A DNA stretch of 64,000 bases. Source: Utricularia gibba (Eukaryota > Plantae > Magnoliophyta). The notes beneath the pieces are model-generated. The model was given only the letters and a program-made list of their open reading frames with translations, did not search any database and was not told the DNA's origin. The translations under genes were made by a program, and so were the position numbers. Positions within the stretch are counted from its first letter, which is position 1; the number at the start of each line of letters is the position of its first letter. Positions 24,271 to 38,846 of this stretch are shown here, one piece after another. The stretch covers positions 1 to 64,000 of the forward strand of contig CM007991.1 in the NCBI GenBank assembly GCA_002189035.1, written 5' to 3'.

Positions 24271-26744
24271 AATTTCGATATTACAAAACGAAACCGTAAT
24301 CCGAAGCCAGAGTGAGATATTTGGTGGATGGGACGATAGACACCACTTTAACCCTTTTCGCTTTCCCCAGCTTTTCAACTCAATAAATAATAAATAAATA
24401 AATACGAGCTGAAACGCAAAAGCGTTACAACGCTATTAAGGCACACATGTACTAATTATCGATGTGGGGTGTCAGGAAAGAACGAACATAGAGCAATGTT
24501 TTTATTTATTTTTGTCTTGAAAATGATTTATCAAAATCCAAAGTTTTGCGCCAAGAAGGGTATTCGTGATCAATCTTGACGATTATGATACCAATTCCAT
24601 CATTCACCTCCAATCACCACTGTCTCGTCGCACATTCATCCGCACGACCCCCCCCCCCCCCCCTTTTTAATAAAAATGGAGGTCACTAACCACGAAGTTC
24701 AGTTGGAAAACCATGTTACCTGATCATATGGAGATGAACAGAAACCAGGCCTTTAACACCAAAAACTCTTGGATTTTTTATATCACTTCATGGAAGACAA
24801 AGGAAAAAAAAGAGTGTTTTGGATGAAGCAAGTGTGACGGATGTTGCTGCCTCAAAAGCATCATAATGCTCAGGTCTGGAGATCACTGAAGCAGATACTC
24901 TGCGGATTTAAGGCACGTTTGCAAATTTAGGGTTAAAAAGCTCCTGATCTTGGAGTTTGCAAATTTGAGATGGAATACCAAAATTCAGGAGAAAATTTTA
25001 GAACAATAAGCCAGAAAATTGTTTTAAAGCTACCTAACAAGGTTAAAACTGACACTAGGACAAATAAAACATGATAACGAGGTGGGTTCATGGCCTTGCT
25101 CATTAAACCAAATCATGACGTGGGATTGTATACTCGAAACCAAATTATGATATAGGATTACATATTCTAATATCCAACCTTAAGTCGCATTGATATTTTA
25201 TTATTCAGTTAATATTTTTTTTTATAATTATAGATAGTACTCATATCATAAATTGATCTAATCTTGTCGTTTGACACATATAAATTCAATTATACACAAA
25301 AATATAAATTATATTAAAAAATTAAATTTAATCGATTAATATTAATTTATAATTTTTATATATTTAAATATATATATTTTTTACAACCAACATCAACATA
25401 CAGATACGATACCTGGAACCGCAGCAATTGCCTTGTGTTGCAATCCTAGTCGCATTTTACGACAACAGCAACAGAGGGCTGTTGTAATGGCGTGGGAGGT
25501 GGGCGTGACGCCGTGGCCCATGCCTATTCCTGCATTATAATGATTATTAGGGAATATATCCATGTGTGTATATCGAGTTGTATGCATGCCCGCCCGCCCG
25601 CTTCCTTGGAATTATATCTGGTGACAAGAATTCCACCCATCATACTTACATGCATAATACTCTGTCTGCCTCCCCAACATCCACTTCACGCTGTGCACCG
25701 TAACGCTTAACCTAAAGGCTTGTGTTATTTGTTGTAGGAGTGCAATGGTTTTAACTTTTAGTTAATCAGATTCGTGGAATGGTCGGGGGTCATGAGAGAG
25801 GGAAAGATTTGAGGGTCTGGAATGGGAATCATGAGGATGTTTTGTCTGGTTCGATTGGTTGGGTCACCAAGTCGATGATTATTCGCCCATGTGATTGTCT
25901 CCCTGCAGCCAGAGAAATTGCACATGTCGACATGATCACGCCCTTCCTCCACCGAAATGCAAACTTCATCTCCATTCATTGAACTTTGAGATGATGCAGA
26001 TCCCCGCCTTGTGGTTTGATACAGATATGAAGGTCTGGTGTGACACAAATTTCAGCAAGTCCAGTGACGCGGATTAGGGGACGAGGAAGGCTTAAGAGTT
26101 AAGACACACACAAACACGATCATGGAGAGACAATCATGTGGCGTGAATGAGTAAGAAAGAAAATAAATACGGAGTGCCGAGTGAGTAACACAGACAGCAT
26201 GGCTGCTTTAATTGGCAATCAATACCACCTAAGCGCTGGAGTAGAATCACAATCACTGGCTTTTTAACTGAAGTGGGCCCCACCGCTTCAAAGCGCATTC
26301 AATTTGGGTGCCTAACAAGTCTTATACCTATCCATCGTAGGGATTTATTTTGATCGATGCAATGCAATCCTAATCGCCAAATGAATCCACCAGATAATTA
26401 ACAAAAGAAAATCTCTGTCATTGCAAATCCGGGTTGGGTTGGGTTGGGTTAATCGATCCATGATGATGGGATGGGATGGGACTCGTAACTTGCACACCTT
26501 CACCCGATGCTCGGATTCGGATTTATCACGTCACCCATTTTCCTTTCCTTTCCTAATTTAAGGATTTACTCATCTTGTCAGTATATAATAATGCTTCAAC
26601 TCACGGGCCGGACTGCCCTGCCTCAAAGGTAAAAGCAGCAGATGGCAAAGCTTCTGCTACGCGCCACCGCATGTGGCGGAACCCCAATCTAGACTCCTTC
26701 CTCTCCGGCGGCCGACCTGTTATACATTTGGTTTTCCTTAGATA

Positions 26745-28677
26745 ATGTCGGCAAGTAAGCAGGCGCAGGCCCGTGAACTGAAGCACCGCGTGCTTAGTTG
26801 CCTTCACAAGCTCTCCGACAGGGACACGCACGCCGCCGCCGCGTCAGAGCTTGAATCCATCGCGAGGACCCTCTCTTCCGACGCTCTTCCCCCATTCCTC
26901 TCCTCCATTTCCGCTACAGACTCGTCGGACAAATCCCCAGTACGGCGCCAATGCATCCGGTTGATTTCCGTTCTCTCAGAGCACCACGGTAACTTCTTAT
27001 CTCCCTATCTTTCTAAACTACTCTCCGCCATCGTCCGCCGCTTGCGCGACCCGGATTCTTCAGTCCGTTCGGCGTGCGTCGCCGCCTCTTTCTCCCTTGC
27101 CTCGCACCTCACTTCTCCTCCTTTCGGTTCCATTACGAAACCATTTCTCGAATGCCTCTTCATCGAGCAGGATCCCAACAACCAGACCGGCGCTGCCTTG
27201 TGTCTGGCTGCGATAATCGAGGGATCCAGAAACCCTGACGCCGGTACCTTGAAAAGGCTACTCCCAAGGCTCGAGAAGTTAGCCAGATGCGAGAGCTTTA
27301 AGGCGAAACCTGCCCTTTTGGCCTTGATTGGAAGCCTTTTAGGAGTGAAGGGAGTCGTAAGTGACAATGATATCAAGAACCTGTTATTGTGTGTGATGGA
27401 GTTCTTGAGTAGCGAGGACTGGGCAGCGAGAAAAGCTGCTGCTGAGACCATAACAAAAATGGCTCACACAGAGAAAGCATTCCTATCCGAATATAAAGCT
27501 TCTTGCCTCAAAACGTTTGAAGCTAAGCGCTTCGACAAGGTGCCCCTTTTTCTGCTTTTCTGGGTATTTTCGTTCAAAGTCGAAGGGATGCTGAAGATTC
27601 AGTGTTCAATGAAGTTCTTTGTGTAATCAGGTGAAGTCTGCAAGAGAGACAATGAATCAGATGATCGAGGCATGGAAGGAGATTCCCGATTCACCAGATG
27701 AGGTCCCCCAGCTGTTGGGATCTCAAGCATCATCTAAAGGTATCTGAAAACAGTGGATTCTACTCTGGTTTAGACATTTTTCTTTGGATCTTGTTCCTGG
27801 AGTTCATCTGAACTCTCCGCTTCGGTTTTTCTGTAGTTGCGGAAAATGCTAGGAACGAGGAGCAATTCCCTTTCCGCTCCAGGACTCCTCAAATCATTAA
27901 AAAATGTGGCTTTGACCGAAGAGCAAGCTTAGCGCCTTCTCCTGCTTCTGCAGCTCGGAGAAGACTCTCGTTAGATAGCAATGTGAACATAAAAAGGCGA
28001 GCCTTGTTCAGGAAGTTGGAGTCTAAGAAGCCAGTTTACTCAAATCTTGGAAAGGTGGTTCCAGAAGAAATGTTGAGTGCTGAAAAGGCCATGGACTCGA
28101 TCGAAAATCCGATATTGGGCAACAGCAATGAGAAGCAGAGTGTTGATGATGAAATTGAACAAATTGGTCATGAGCTCACCGATATCCGTAGTAAAGAGAG
28201 GGAGTTGGAAGATCTTTCCTTGATTCGAAATCAGCTTCTTCAGATTGAGAATCAGCAAACCCAACTGCTTGATCTTTTCCAGGTAGAGTTGATTCATCAT
28301 CAATCCTATGCTCTGTTCCTAACAATGTGCATGTGTTTGTTTATCAGAGATTCATGGGCAGTTCACAGACAGGAATTCAGTCTCTGGAAGCTAGAGTTCA
28401 TGGCTTAGAACTTGCAATAGATGAAATCTCGTTTGATTTGGCTGTATCATCCGGAAAGATGTCGCAAAACAGCAACATTTGCTGCAAGATACCTACGGAT
28501 TTCTTGAGCACCAAGCTCTGGAGGAAATCACCGCTATCTGATCACGGAACCCATTCAACTTCTGGAGGAAAGGTAAATGCCGGAGAGTATTTATTGCGGA
28601 AAGGAAAACTTGGTTCCCGTGTGGTTCGTGGGCTTGCAACCAATCCCTTGGCCCAAATCCCCGGTGTGCAGATTTAG
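26745..28677 (+). CDS. TOR1L: TORTIFOLIA1-like microtubule-associated HEAT-repeat protein, 4 exons
   Basis: ELKHRVLSCLHKLSDRDTH, RRLRDPDSSVRSAC, LSSEDWAARKAAAE, FDK|VKSARETMNQMIEAWKEIP, LSLIRNQLLQIENQQ...LLDLFQ|RFMGSSQTGIQSLEARVHGLE. Splice phases are consistent. Confidence 0.93.
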
Positions 28678-29717
28678 GAACAAGGACCCTTTTGCGCATG
28701 CAGACTGAAGATTTCCAGCGCGACCTTCTGGTTATGCTTCGGATTTTAGGAACGTCAGAGCCGAGATTCAGTTTATTAATTTTTGTGCAATGGGTGTAGG
28801 AGCTCGTTTCTTTTCCAGCAGCGTGCAGTTCCATCCCTTGGAAACGAATTTCTTTCTTAGGAGCTGCGTAGTGCAACTTGGGGGTTGACTAAAAGAAAAG
28901 AAGGAATGGAAGAGGAGGGGTTAGCATTAACTGCGTTAAGATTCCTGCCTCTGCCTCTGGAGTGGGTGAAGGCGGGCGGTGACGGATTGGATTCTGTCGA
29001 GCCCAATGGGCATGCCAACTTGTGGATGATGACATGGCTCACCCTTCTTTCCCCATTAAGTACCAGAGCTGAATAACACGCTTTGTTTTTTTTTTTAATT
29101 TAATTTTCTCCTCTGCTCATAGTAAGGATTTTTAAACTTTAATTGATTTCGGACTTTCCAGGCAGGGATGGGATGGGATTAGACGGCTGATCTGTCCGTT
29201 CCCATTTCCTTTTCCTTTCGTTGGCTTTTGGGATTTTCGTCGATTTTGGACAAGGGCCCTTTTGCCGCCACGTGTCCGGGTGGCTGGCGAAGGCCATCAT
29301 TAAGTTGAAACTTGAAGGTAGGTATAAGTTTGACCACCTGCTGCCTTCATGCTGGTATCTGACTGAGGGAAGGGAATTACCACCTTGCTTGTTTTTTTTG
29401 ACTGGATCCATATTTGTTTTAGCCGCAACCGCAGAAGCTGTTGTTGGTACATGAAGCAATCAAACCGCACACATTTTTCTTTAAAAACAGCCACAAAATT
29501 TAATACCTGATTGACTTTTATTAACTTGTGATTTCCAAATGGTGGTGATATTGATAACGGATAAAGGGCGAATTCTTTAGCAGCCACCCACGTAATGTGG
29601 GGACAAGCAAGCTTTTCTTATTGCCCCTTGTCTCCTCCACTTGCCTTCGTCATCCCCAACACACTAGTTTTTCCTTTCAAGCTCCACCAAATTCCCATCC
29701 ACAAAGCGGAACTACAA

Positions 29718-30645
29718 ATGTCTACCGGCGCCCGCGAGATTCTGCTCTTTGGGGTGAGGCTCAATGTTGATCCCATGAGGAAGTGTGTTAGCATGAATAA
29801 TCTGTCGGAATATGAGGAAATACCGCCAAAGGATGCTTCCGCCGCTTCCGCCGACGACTTTGCGCCGCTGTCCGCCGGTGGGGCTCGAGGTCGCAAACGA
29901 GGTTCGATTCTTTCATCTGGGTTTTCTTACTTATGCAGGCATCTGCGTGTTCTCACCATGAGAACATTCCCATTTCTGATGCCCTCTGTTGCTGTGCACT
30001 TGGTTTCTAGTAGAAAAATCCGTGCTTTTCCGGAAAGAAACTTTTTATGCAACAGAACTGAACAGGGTGTTGAAAATATCTTCGTTTTGTTTTGGTTTTT
30101 TAGGGATTCCATGGACAGAGGAAGAACACAAGCTATTCCTGATTGGGTTGAGGAGAGTTGGGAAAGGGGATTGGAGAGGAATTTCCAAGAATTATGTCAA
30201 AACTCGCACACCAACTCAAGTTGCTAGTCATGCCCAGAAATACTTCCTTCGCCACAGCATCAACGTCCATCACCGCCGTCGACGACGTTCCAGCCTCTTC
30301 GACATGATCGCTGAAACGGTAACTCCAAAACAACCTCAGATTCTTCATCGACTCACAATCTTTGTGATACTTATCCTGCTTCTTCAGCAGGTCATATCGA
30401 ATGGAGATGGGAAGAATCAACAGAAGGGTGTAGGTGCCACCCCACCTCCTCCTCCGGTCACCGGCAATATCACCGGGATCCCAGTTGCCGTGCCTATTCC
30501 GCATGCACTCCTCATTTGCCCTGCTGCTTCAACCACAGAGACGGAGGATCCTAAGATCAAGCAAACTGAACAGCATCAGCAGCAACCATTATCCTTGAGT
30601 CTCTCCCTTTCATCAGCACAGGATCAAATCATAAGCGTCGGCTGA
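29718..30645 (+). CDS. MYB-related (1R, SHAQKYF class) transcription factor, 3 exons
   Basis: [29 protein letters not shown]|[15 protein letters not shown]...GKGDWRGIS...[11 protein letters not shown]...[10 protein letters not shown]. Exons 29718-29901, 30104-30318 and 30391-30645. Confidence 0.94.
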
Positions 30646-31209
30646 GTCTCTCAGTACCCAACAAAAGGGACGACAGAGGCTCTGCAGAACCAATCCGTTA
30701 TGAAGTTACCGTGAACCTTTCCTCTACAAGAAACAGATTATGCAACTTCAGGTGAGCCTGAGAGGCACCATTGTACTGCAATCTTGTCCCATTCCCTTTG
30801 CTGTCCTCAAAGAAACAGAACAATTATGCTACGTTGCAGCCTACATATTGGCCAACCTTCATAATGTGGCACCAACCACTAATACATTTTTCAGTACAAA
30901 CATATCCGATTTAGCAGCAATATTGACCTAATATGAGGTAGATGAGAGAAATTGCGCGCTCATTAATGTAAATGAAGCCACGCCTTTGACTCTTAAGGAC
31001 AGGTTACAATGACACGAAATATAAAAAAACTACCACACTGCATTATCCATTGGATATAAATAGAATTGTGATTCTCTTGCAGTAAATAGATACAGACTAT
31101 GAACCCAAAACCTCGCTGGATCCACAGAAAATAACAACAGAGATCACTCAATAATCGTGCATGAAGAGAAAATGGCTATACCAATCCTATGTTTCCCATG
31201 AGAATAATG

Positions 31210-33176
31210 CTATTCAGAAGAGAGCCAGGGATTAGGAGCGACGTAAGTGTAACCTTGGAAATGCTCACCAGCGGTAGGCGTGGGAGCAGGGGAGTCGTCG
31301 GGGGGCATTGTTGTCCAGCATTTATCAAAATTTGCAGTGCAGTTTTTTCCACCCACATCAGGTTGGAACTTGGTCTCGATTTCTCGTGCTTCTAGCTTCT
31401 TCCAGTTAATTGTTCGAAACCACTTGTGTGATTTGATCTCTTCTGCCCCTTTTCCCCGCTTCCCAGTCTTTTATTCGGATCCTTTTGTAGCAGCTGCATC
31501 AACTCTGCGTATAAGCATATTACAAGGTGAATGCAGGAAAGTTAATCAGATCATACTCCTTTAAGCAGAGAGTGGACTTCAGTGCTCAAAAAGGGAGGGA
31601 GCTTTAGCTTTTCATTGATGATTTTTTCTTGAAGTTTCTTCCTGTTTGAATGCACATATGGGGGCTGAAAAAAGAGAAATGGCTAACTCAACAAAGACTT
31701 CTCAATTAAACAATGGCATATTGGAAATTGCAAGAATTTAAACTGGAGAAGAAAACTAGTTTTCATAACAACATTTCAAGAAATCAACCGGGCAATGAAA
31801 TTGTATGCTGGGGACAGATGTACCTGGCCACTCAGCATTTCATATATAAGGATCCCAACACTCCACCAATCAGCATTCTTATTGTGCTCTTTAGATTGCA
31901 AAATTTCTGGAGCCATGTACTCCGTAGTACCACAAAGTGAATTTGATCTGGACGACTCATCAATTTCCTTAGCCAATCCAAAGTCTGTCAACATGACCTG
32001 AGGCAATCATTCATCTTAGTAGAGACTTTAGAGAGATTAAAGCTATGGTATTGTTCATCAGCATTCAGTCACTGTATATTTTCCTCTAATTTCACCTACA
32101 TTCTACTACGTAACAAACGAGTGTACATGGAAAAAATGTCGTAGAACAGGCTTACAAAAGAAAGGTAACAAATCAGTGCATGCTCATACATGCCCATCAG
32201 AATCCATAAGGATGTTCTCAGGTTTTAGGTCTCGATGCACAATGCCACTCTTGTGAAGGTGTGAAACGGCGGACACAATTTCTGCAGCATAAACCCTTGC
32301 CTGATCCTCACTGCCCAATAAAGAATCAGTACTACAGATGAGCACAAGCTATTCTTGGTTCTTAAATAGGCGGCACCGAGTCGTACCTGAATATCCCTTG
32401 CCTACATAGATGATAAAATAGATGCCCACCATTAATAAAATCCAGAATCAAGTAAAGCTTGGATTTCGTCTGCAAGTCATTGAAAACAAGCATTTAGTTT
32501 CACATTAGTTACTGCCATTTAATTAGAAAAAAACAACCTGAAACGAGTAGCGGAGCTGTACGATGAAAGGATGCACAACTTTGGTAAGGATATCCCTCTC
32601 TGCTATCATATAATCAATATGATTGTTCTTGATGATCGTATCTTTCCTCATCACCTTCATGGCGAAAATGCCATCGTCATCTCCATTTTCTCGCCTCATT
32701 CTCACCTGAAATACCTTCCCAAACGCACCTCTACCAATCACTCTCATTATCTCAAAATCACCAGGACCCATCTTCCCCGTCCCAAGGTCAACCTTCTCTA
32801 TCAAGCCACGAATCCCGCCTCCATCTCCATGCACTCCGAAAACTGAATCCTTGGCATCATCAGACGAAGAATAGAAAAGCTCCTCTTTTTCGTCCGTGTC
32901 AATTGCGGGAAGAGGCTTAGAAAGGGTGAAACGAGGCGAAGGGCCCACGAATGAGTGAGAACGGTGTTGAACAACTTGTGGGTCGCCGAGGAAAAGTGAG
33001 GACGGGGAAGGATGAGAGGGGCCGAAGACGTCGGAGAAATCAAGATCCTGGTCATCCGAATCGGTGGAGGATGGGATATGAAGGTGGGCGAGTCGCGAAG
33101 TGAGAAGCGAATGGAGTGCCTTTTTTTGATGGGGGATCGATGAAGAAGAGGCGCTACCACTACTACCAGTGTTCAT
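31210..33176 (-). CDS. S6K: Ribosomal protein S6 kinase (AGC family, ATPK/S6K-like), 6 exons, one apparent -1 frameshift
   Basis: [72 protein letters not shown] and [16 protein letters not shown]. The last exon needs one more base at 31446-31457. Confidence 0.94.
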
Positions 33177-34035
33177 GGCGAACGACGGAAGAATTAGGCG
33201 GGCCCAGATTTCACAGAGATTACATCCGCCATAGAAACTCTCGAAAGACTGGAGTAATCGGCCGGAGGAATCCACCCCAGAGATGATCGTTGCTGAGGGA
33301 GGGAGGAAAACTCGATGCGGCGTCGTTTCAAGTCCGGAAGGCCGAGTTAAAGTGAGTGAGTCGATAATCCCGGAATTGAAGGATCAACGCAACGTAACAA
33401 GATCTGACGACAGGGGCCGTTTGGGCAAAACTCAATGATAGGTATAAACAATTGCACCTGGGTCCCTAATTTATTTATTAATTCTGGTTATCACCATCAA
33501 TTTCATTCTTCGTCGTTACATTGCATGTGTGGCTTTATTTAACCCACCAGTCATTCGAACTACCCGGACTTTCTGGATTTCAATTCCTGAAAGTTTACTG
33601 GACGAATGTGGGTGGAGTCAAATTGATTTTTTGTGCTGGTTACCGCCAGCTCAAGCAACTTATCCCAAATCATCAACTTAAGATTCGGCTTTGGGAATTT
33701 GCATCGAAAACCATCAATCCATTTTTCCCAAATATTCAACTCACCAAACTTAACTGTGCATTGCATGTGTGTTGCAAGAGAGCCATGCGTTGCTGTTGCT
33801 CCGCCATCAAATCCAAAATAATCTCAGTCGGCAGTCGGCAGCTTAGCTTATGCCAGGAGAAGGAAGAACGAGAAGCTTGGCTTACCTCATGGTTGCCAGG
33901 TTTAGGTATAATACTTGTTTGATCAAGCCCAAGTGAATTATTGAGTTTTGCTGTAGGCAGCCGAATGAGTTAAAACACATACCAATCAGAAACACACATC
34001 TTTGTTGAGCCCTAAGACGGCATTGACAACTCCAA

Positions 34036-36809
34036 TCAAACCGACGGAAAATACTGATTCAGATTGAGGGGGAGGGAATAGAACTCTGAACTTCTTGCGT
34101 CTCCCTTGAACGACGCGAACCTATCCCACCAATGCTTCCCCCTTTCTTTCCTCACTATCTCCTCCTTCTTCTCCAGTGTATTGTCCAGGAAAAAGGCCAG
34201 CACCCCGGCCACAAACGCTTGCGACGAAAACGGCACGTTCACGAGGTCGTTAAACTGCACATAACACATACCAACTGAGAGTTGCTCTCACTTACTTTTC
34301 GGCTGGTGTTTATGCTTGTGTTTGTTTGTATTACCCATTGAGCCGAAGTATGCACGGGGCCGTACCCCTTTACCGCCCTGTTTTCGTTGAAGTACTGGGG
34401 AATGGAGAGACCCAGGAAGATGGAAATGGCGAGGATGAATTTGTTTCGGAAGCTGTTAAGTTGGCAGAACTGGAGGAAACCCAAACCACCCGCACCTGAT
34501 CCACGCAATCGTTAAAATAGCAATCATCACATGAAAAATCAATCTTTTTTAGTTGTTTTGAACCTGACCTGCATATGCGAATACAACACAGTACAACGCA
34601 GCGACTATCGGTGCTGGGATCGATGCGAACACAGCTCCGAATTTCCCTATCAGACATCATGTCATGTTATGCGTGATATCTGAAAAAAATGTCATGCGAA
34701 CACAGAAAAAGTTTACCAAGAACGGAGAAGAAGAGCATGAATCCAGCAGATATCTGAACCACTCTTCGACTACCAACCCGGGTTAGTCCCAAGAGTCCTA
34801 CGTTTTCACTGAGTGTTGGCAACCGAGTATTAGTAGTTGTTAAGAAAGCCAGCCAATGAATTCTAAAGGAGCGGTTACATTGCTACAGAGGATCCATTTG
34901 CAGTTCCAAATAGTCCCGATATCAAGATTCCAATGCCCTGAATCGTGTCAATACGTTCACAGCGTTGAAATGGCAGAAAAAATGAGCAAGGTCTATTTTA
35001 TCTTATTTGACTCATGTAGATAAAGGTTGTAACCTGCCAGCCTATTCCGCGGCCTAGAATCGATGGTGGCAATGGCGTTGCGCTAGCCAATCTTGAAGCG
35101 CCTATCAAGCCTCCGGTGGACTAAGTTTCACGTACTAAATATGATCAGCAACAAGAATCCAACGAAACACAATAAGAAACATGCATAATCGAATCAGACC
35201 TCTACAAGAGCGACCAAGGCAGCCATCATCATGGCGAATGCTTCACCAGCATCGAACGATGGCGGCCCCCATTGAAACGGATATGGAACTCGTATCCTGA
35301 AAACCAAAGCTTTATCAGTAACCGCACGAAGCTTGCCATTTTCTCTGTTTTGTTCAGAAGGAACTTCACCATGGAGCAGCTTCGAGGAGTCCTGCTCGAT
35401 CGGTTCTGCAGCTGGTTTGTGTTGCCGATGGCCTTCCGTCGTATACTCCAGCAATTGTAAGTATGTGAGCGTAGATCCACACGATGGAAATGGTTATCAG
35501 TACCGAAAACCGATCACATAGAAACTTCCCGCGGTATAACAAAGTAGCTAGATACTGCACACCGAAAATGGGAAATTTTCAGGCAATTAGTTCCGAGTTT
35601 GCCTGCAGTATGTGCTTAGCAGCACTACCTGTGAGACAAAGATCAATAGAACAAGCTCTGGCAAGCCAACTTCAACACATTTTCCAACCTGGAAAGCAAA
35701 CTTATTAGAATAGAATCCAGTTTCTTTTGCTGAACGACAAACTGCAACATACCCCCGGGAAGGCATATGTGTAAAGCCCGAAACCGGCGAGAGCAACTAA
35801 GGGAACTGCAGAAATGGGACTTAGAAACCTGTGGTGTCATTAAGGTGCACAATTAACTTTTCGAGGTCACTGTTTATGAGAGAAGCCATTTAAATTTCCA
35901 AGGAATGATCGACTAACCTTGCAACAGTACGCCAAAGGCCACTGAATCCAAGTACTATTTGTATGGTGGAGGCCACCATGAAGGCTCCCTGAGTAGCACG
36001 GATGATTTTTCTGAATCTCTACACACAAATGACCATGCAGCTGAGTACATCTGGAGTAAGTTCAATATGCAGCAACGTGAAAAGATCACGAACCACAACA
36101 GGATCAGGATCATTCCATCTACCAGAAACGATGATGGAGATTGTAGGGGCAACATATGTGTATGAGGCTCCTACAACAACTGGCAATCTAGTTCCAAACC
36201 ATGATTGCAGCAGAGTGTTCAGTCCAGCTACAAAGAGTAGAGTTTGAATTACTTGTGCTTTCTCCGTCTGCACATAGAACATAACCGCTCAAATATCAGC
36301 TCCGCAGGTTGAACACCGTTAGCTTTGTTATCACAGTATTTAGAGTTTGTTTGCATATCAGAGTTTGCAAGAATTCGCAATGTATGAAAGCCAAAAGGTT
36401 GAAGCGAAATATGGATGCCTCACATCTCCCCTCCCATCTGAGGAACTAAGGCAGTGGGAATGATGACTGTTGTGCCCAACATAACCAGGTAATGCTGGAA
36501 GCCAAGAAGGATAGCTTCGGCTGAAAATAAAAAAGTTCATTGAAATCATTGTAAACTTGTGAGCTACATTTTAGGCAACTTATCTATTTCAAGGCAATCA
36601 TCAGAAACCGTATTGGAGCACTACTTTTGACAACAGAACCCAAAGAAAAATATGTGGCGAGGGAAGAAGAAGAAGAAGAATAAAGAGTCGAGCTTTTTGA
36701 AAGACTTACGCCATGGAGGAGGACTTGTTATGCAGTAGTGTACATTTGGAAGCTGATCTTTGGGGAGATGTGGCGGCGGCGGATCGTCGGACGCTTTAAC
36801 GGCTGCCAT
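34036..36809 (-). CDS. NAT: Nucleobase-ascorbate transporter (NAT6/7-like), multi-exon, one apparent -1 frameshift
   Basis: KDQLPNVHYCITSPPPW|PEAILLGFQHYLVMLGTTV, ENVGLLGLTRVGSRRVVQISAGFM (NAT signature) and FYSLPLNLNQYFPSV*. I traced all exons; exon 2 ends out of phase by one base at the C4 run 36428-36431. Confidence 0.95.
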
Positions 36810-38846
36810 ATTCAGAATCTACAACCCATATAACAAATCTGAACCCACTTCTAGTAGAAAAAGAAGAAGCTCAAACAAACAATAACATGATAAACAGAGG
36901 AGAAAAAAAAACAGGGTACCTTGCTAGGAAATGCGAGAGAACGTTTCGAGTAAAGATGAACATTGGAGAAAAGGAGTGACTTTATAGAAGGTGGTGGTAT
37001 GGTTAGATGGAACTCTTGAGTGCAGGTACATCTTCGCCAAAAGCAGAATAAGCCTCAAAGTACATTATTTACCGCTTTCCCCCCTGAAAAAAAAAGTTAA
37101 CTTTAAGAGATTCAAAGGGTGTAAAGATAAACTTTTTATTTTTTTGTATCTACCTCACCTCCTCGCTCCTAGTTTGAGAAATGGGATGTAAAAAGAAAAA
37201 AAAAAAAAAAAGAAGCGCTGCCTGGTGCAATTTTTATCCACTGTGAAAACCATTCAAACTCCGGCAACTCTTTCAGGATTGATTGATTCATTGAATGTTT
37301 TGTGGCTTGCATTCTCAGTCTACGGAGCCAGTACTCACGGGCTCACCGTACCGAGGCTATTTACACGTTGGAGTTAAGTTTAACGAATGTTGTTTCAAGG
37401 TGAAGTGGGAGTTAATAAGTTGGGGAGTAACTGCAGGATCGGGAATATTTGGGGGATGAACAAGAAAATGTCAAAAAGGGTAGGGGCCTCCCTGCAGTTG
37501 GATTCCGATGGCACCGACACCGAGCCACTTGGTGTTCAAGATGTTAAGAAGAGTTTGAGGGAGGTGGGAGGAAGGGATTAGCGAGGGATGCAAACTGCAG
37601 AATGCAGATTAATTAAACTAGGTGGAGGAGAGGAGGGATTCAAAATTCGAAACCGGGGAGGGGCATTTAAGTAATAATAAATATGAGAACCATAATTGTG
37701 AGCTAATAGTAATAATAATATATATCTCCAGACTCCAGGTCAAGTTTTGTATTTAATAAATTTAAGCAAAGTTGGTTGTTGGTGAGCACGCAAACAGTGA
37801 ATTCCAGCATTAAATAAAATTCGATGATGATGAAACAGCACGAAACACCCGTCCGTCCGTCCGGCCGGCCATAAATCTCCCTCCTCCTTCGCTAACGTAA
37901 AACTGCGAAAACAGCCATCAAAATGAGACCACAAAAGTAGCAGTAGCGGTAGGGGTGACATGTGGGTGGGTGTTGTTGGGGGAGAGTCATAGTGTAGTGT
38001 AGTGTAGTGTAGCTTAGCTTTCTTCCACGTCCGAAGATCAAAGTTTGCGGGGGGAGGGGGGGGGGGGGGGGCCTCGTCTTCCTTGGCGCTTTTTAAAATT
38101 CCCCCCATCCCCACGGCGTCAAGATTCAAAGGCGTCCTCCTCTCTTTTGCTTTTTCTTTTCATTTGCAAACAAAACCATAATATTCCAGCCCTGCCCTGC
38201 CCAGCCTCATGATGCCCTCCCACCTTTTAGTTTTAAATGATGGGCCAGACCCCCACCCACATCACGAAAAACAACCTTAGGACTGGTGGGTTTCTGAGCA
38301 GTGGATAACTTGGGCCGGGTCGCTGGCGGGAGCCCAAGGCTTAGTGAGACTGCCTTTATTCCAGGACAGAGCCCAGCGGGCAACACCAACCCTGTTAGAT
38401 CTATCTATCTATCTGTATCGGGGTGCTGGTCCGAAGTTGACACTCCGGTCCCCAACACCTTAACTCGAGCCTTCACGTTTGCAGCTCCCGTCCAGCTGTG
38501 AGATGTCCCGATTTCCCAGATGCCCCGGAGAGGCTTGGGCAGCATGTTTCCGACAAATGGCAGGGAGGCCCCCCAAACAGGTAACGCTATCTATTATTAT
38601 GAAACTCCCTAGATTGACATCGTATAGAAGCAACCCCAAGAGCACGGGGACGTTATACACTAACAGGGGTGACCAACAAACGGGAGCGTATGTGATCGCA
38701 TATAAAAAATGAAGACAGCCCAGCCCAGTCCAGTCAATGATTCCTCTGCGCAGGATTTAGATTCTTCAACATAACAAATCCCAAAAAGGATAAAAAAACA
38801 AAAACAAAAACAAAGCTTTCAAGTTGCAATCCTCCACCCCGACAGT

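Noticed and set aside
24460-24470. USE-like motif (ACCCCACATCG on minus) suggesting an snRNA or telomerase RNA promoter
   Set aside because: One mismatch, no proper TATA at the expected spacing, an immediate T-run and no recognisable RNA downstream.
25497-25517. GGAGGTGGGCGTGACGCC resembling miR394*
   Set aside because: No mature miR394 arm or hairpin nearby.
38207-38712. GC-rich ORF cluster between NAT and the 38847 gene
   Set aside because: Overlapping short ORFs with no recognisable domain or consistent splice structure.
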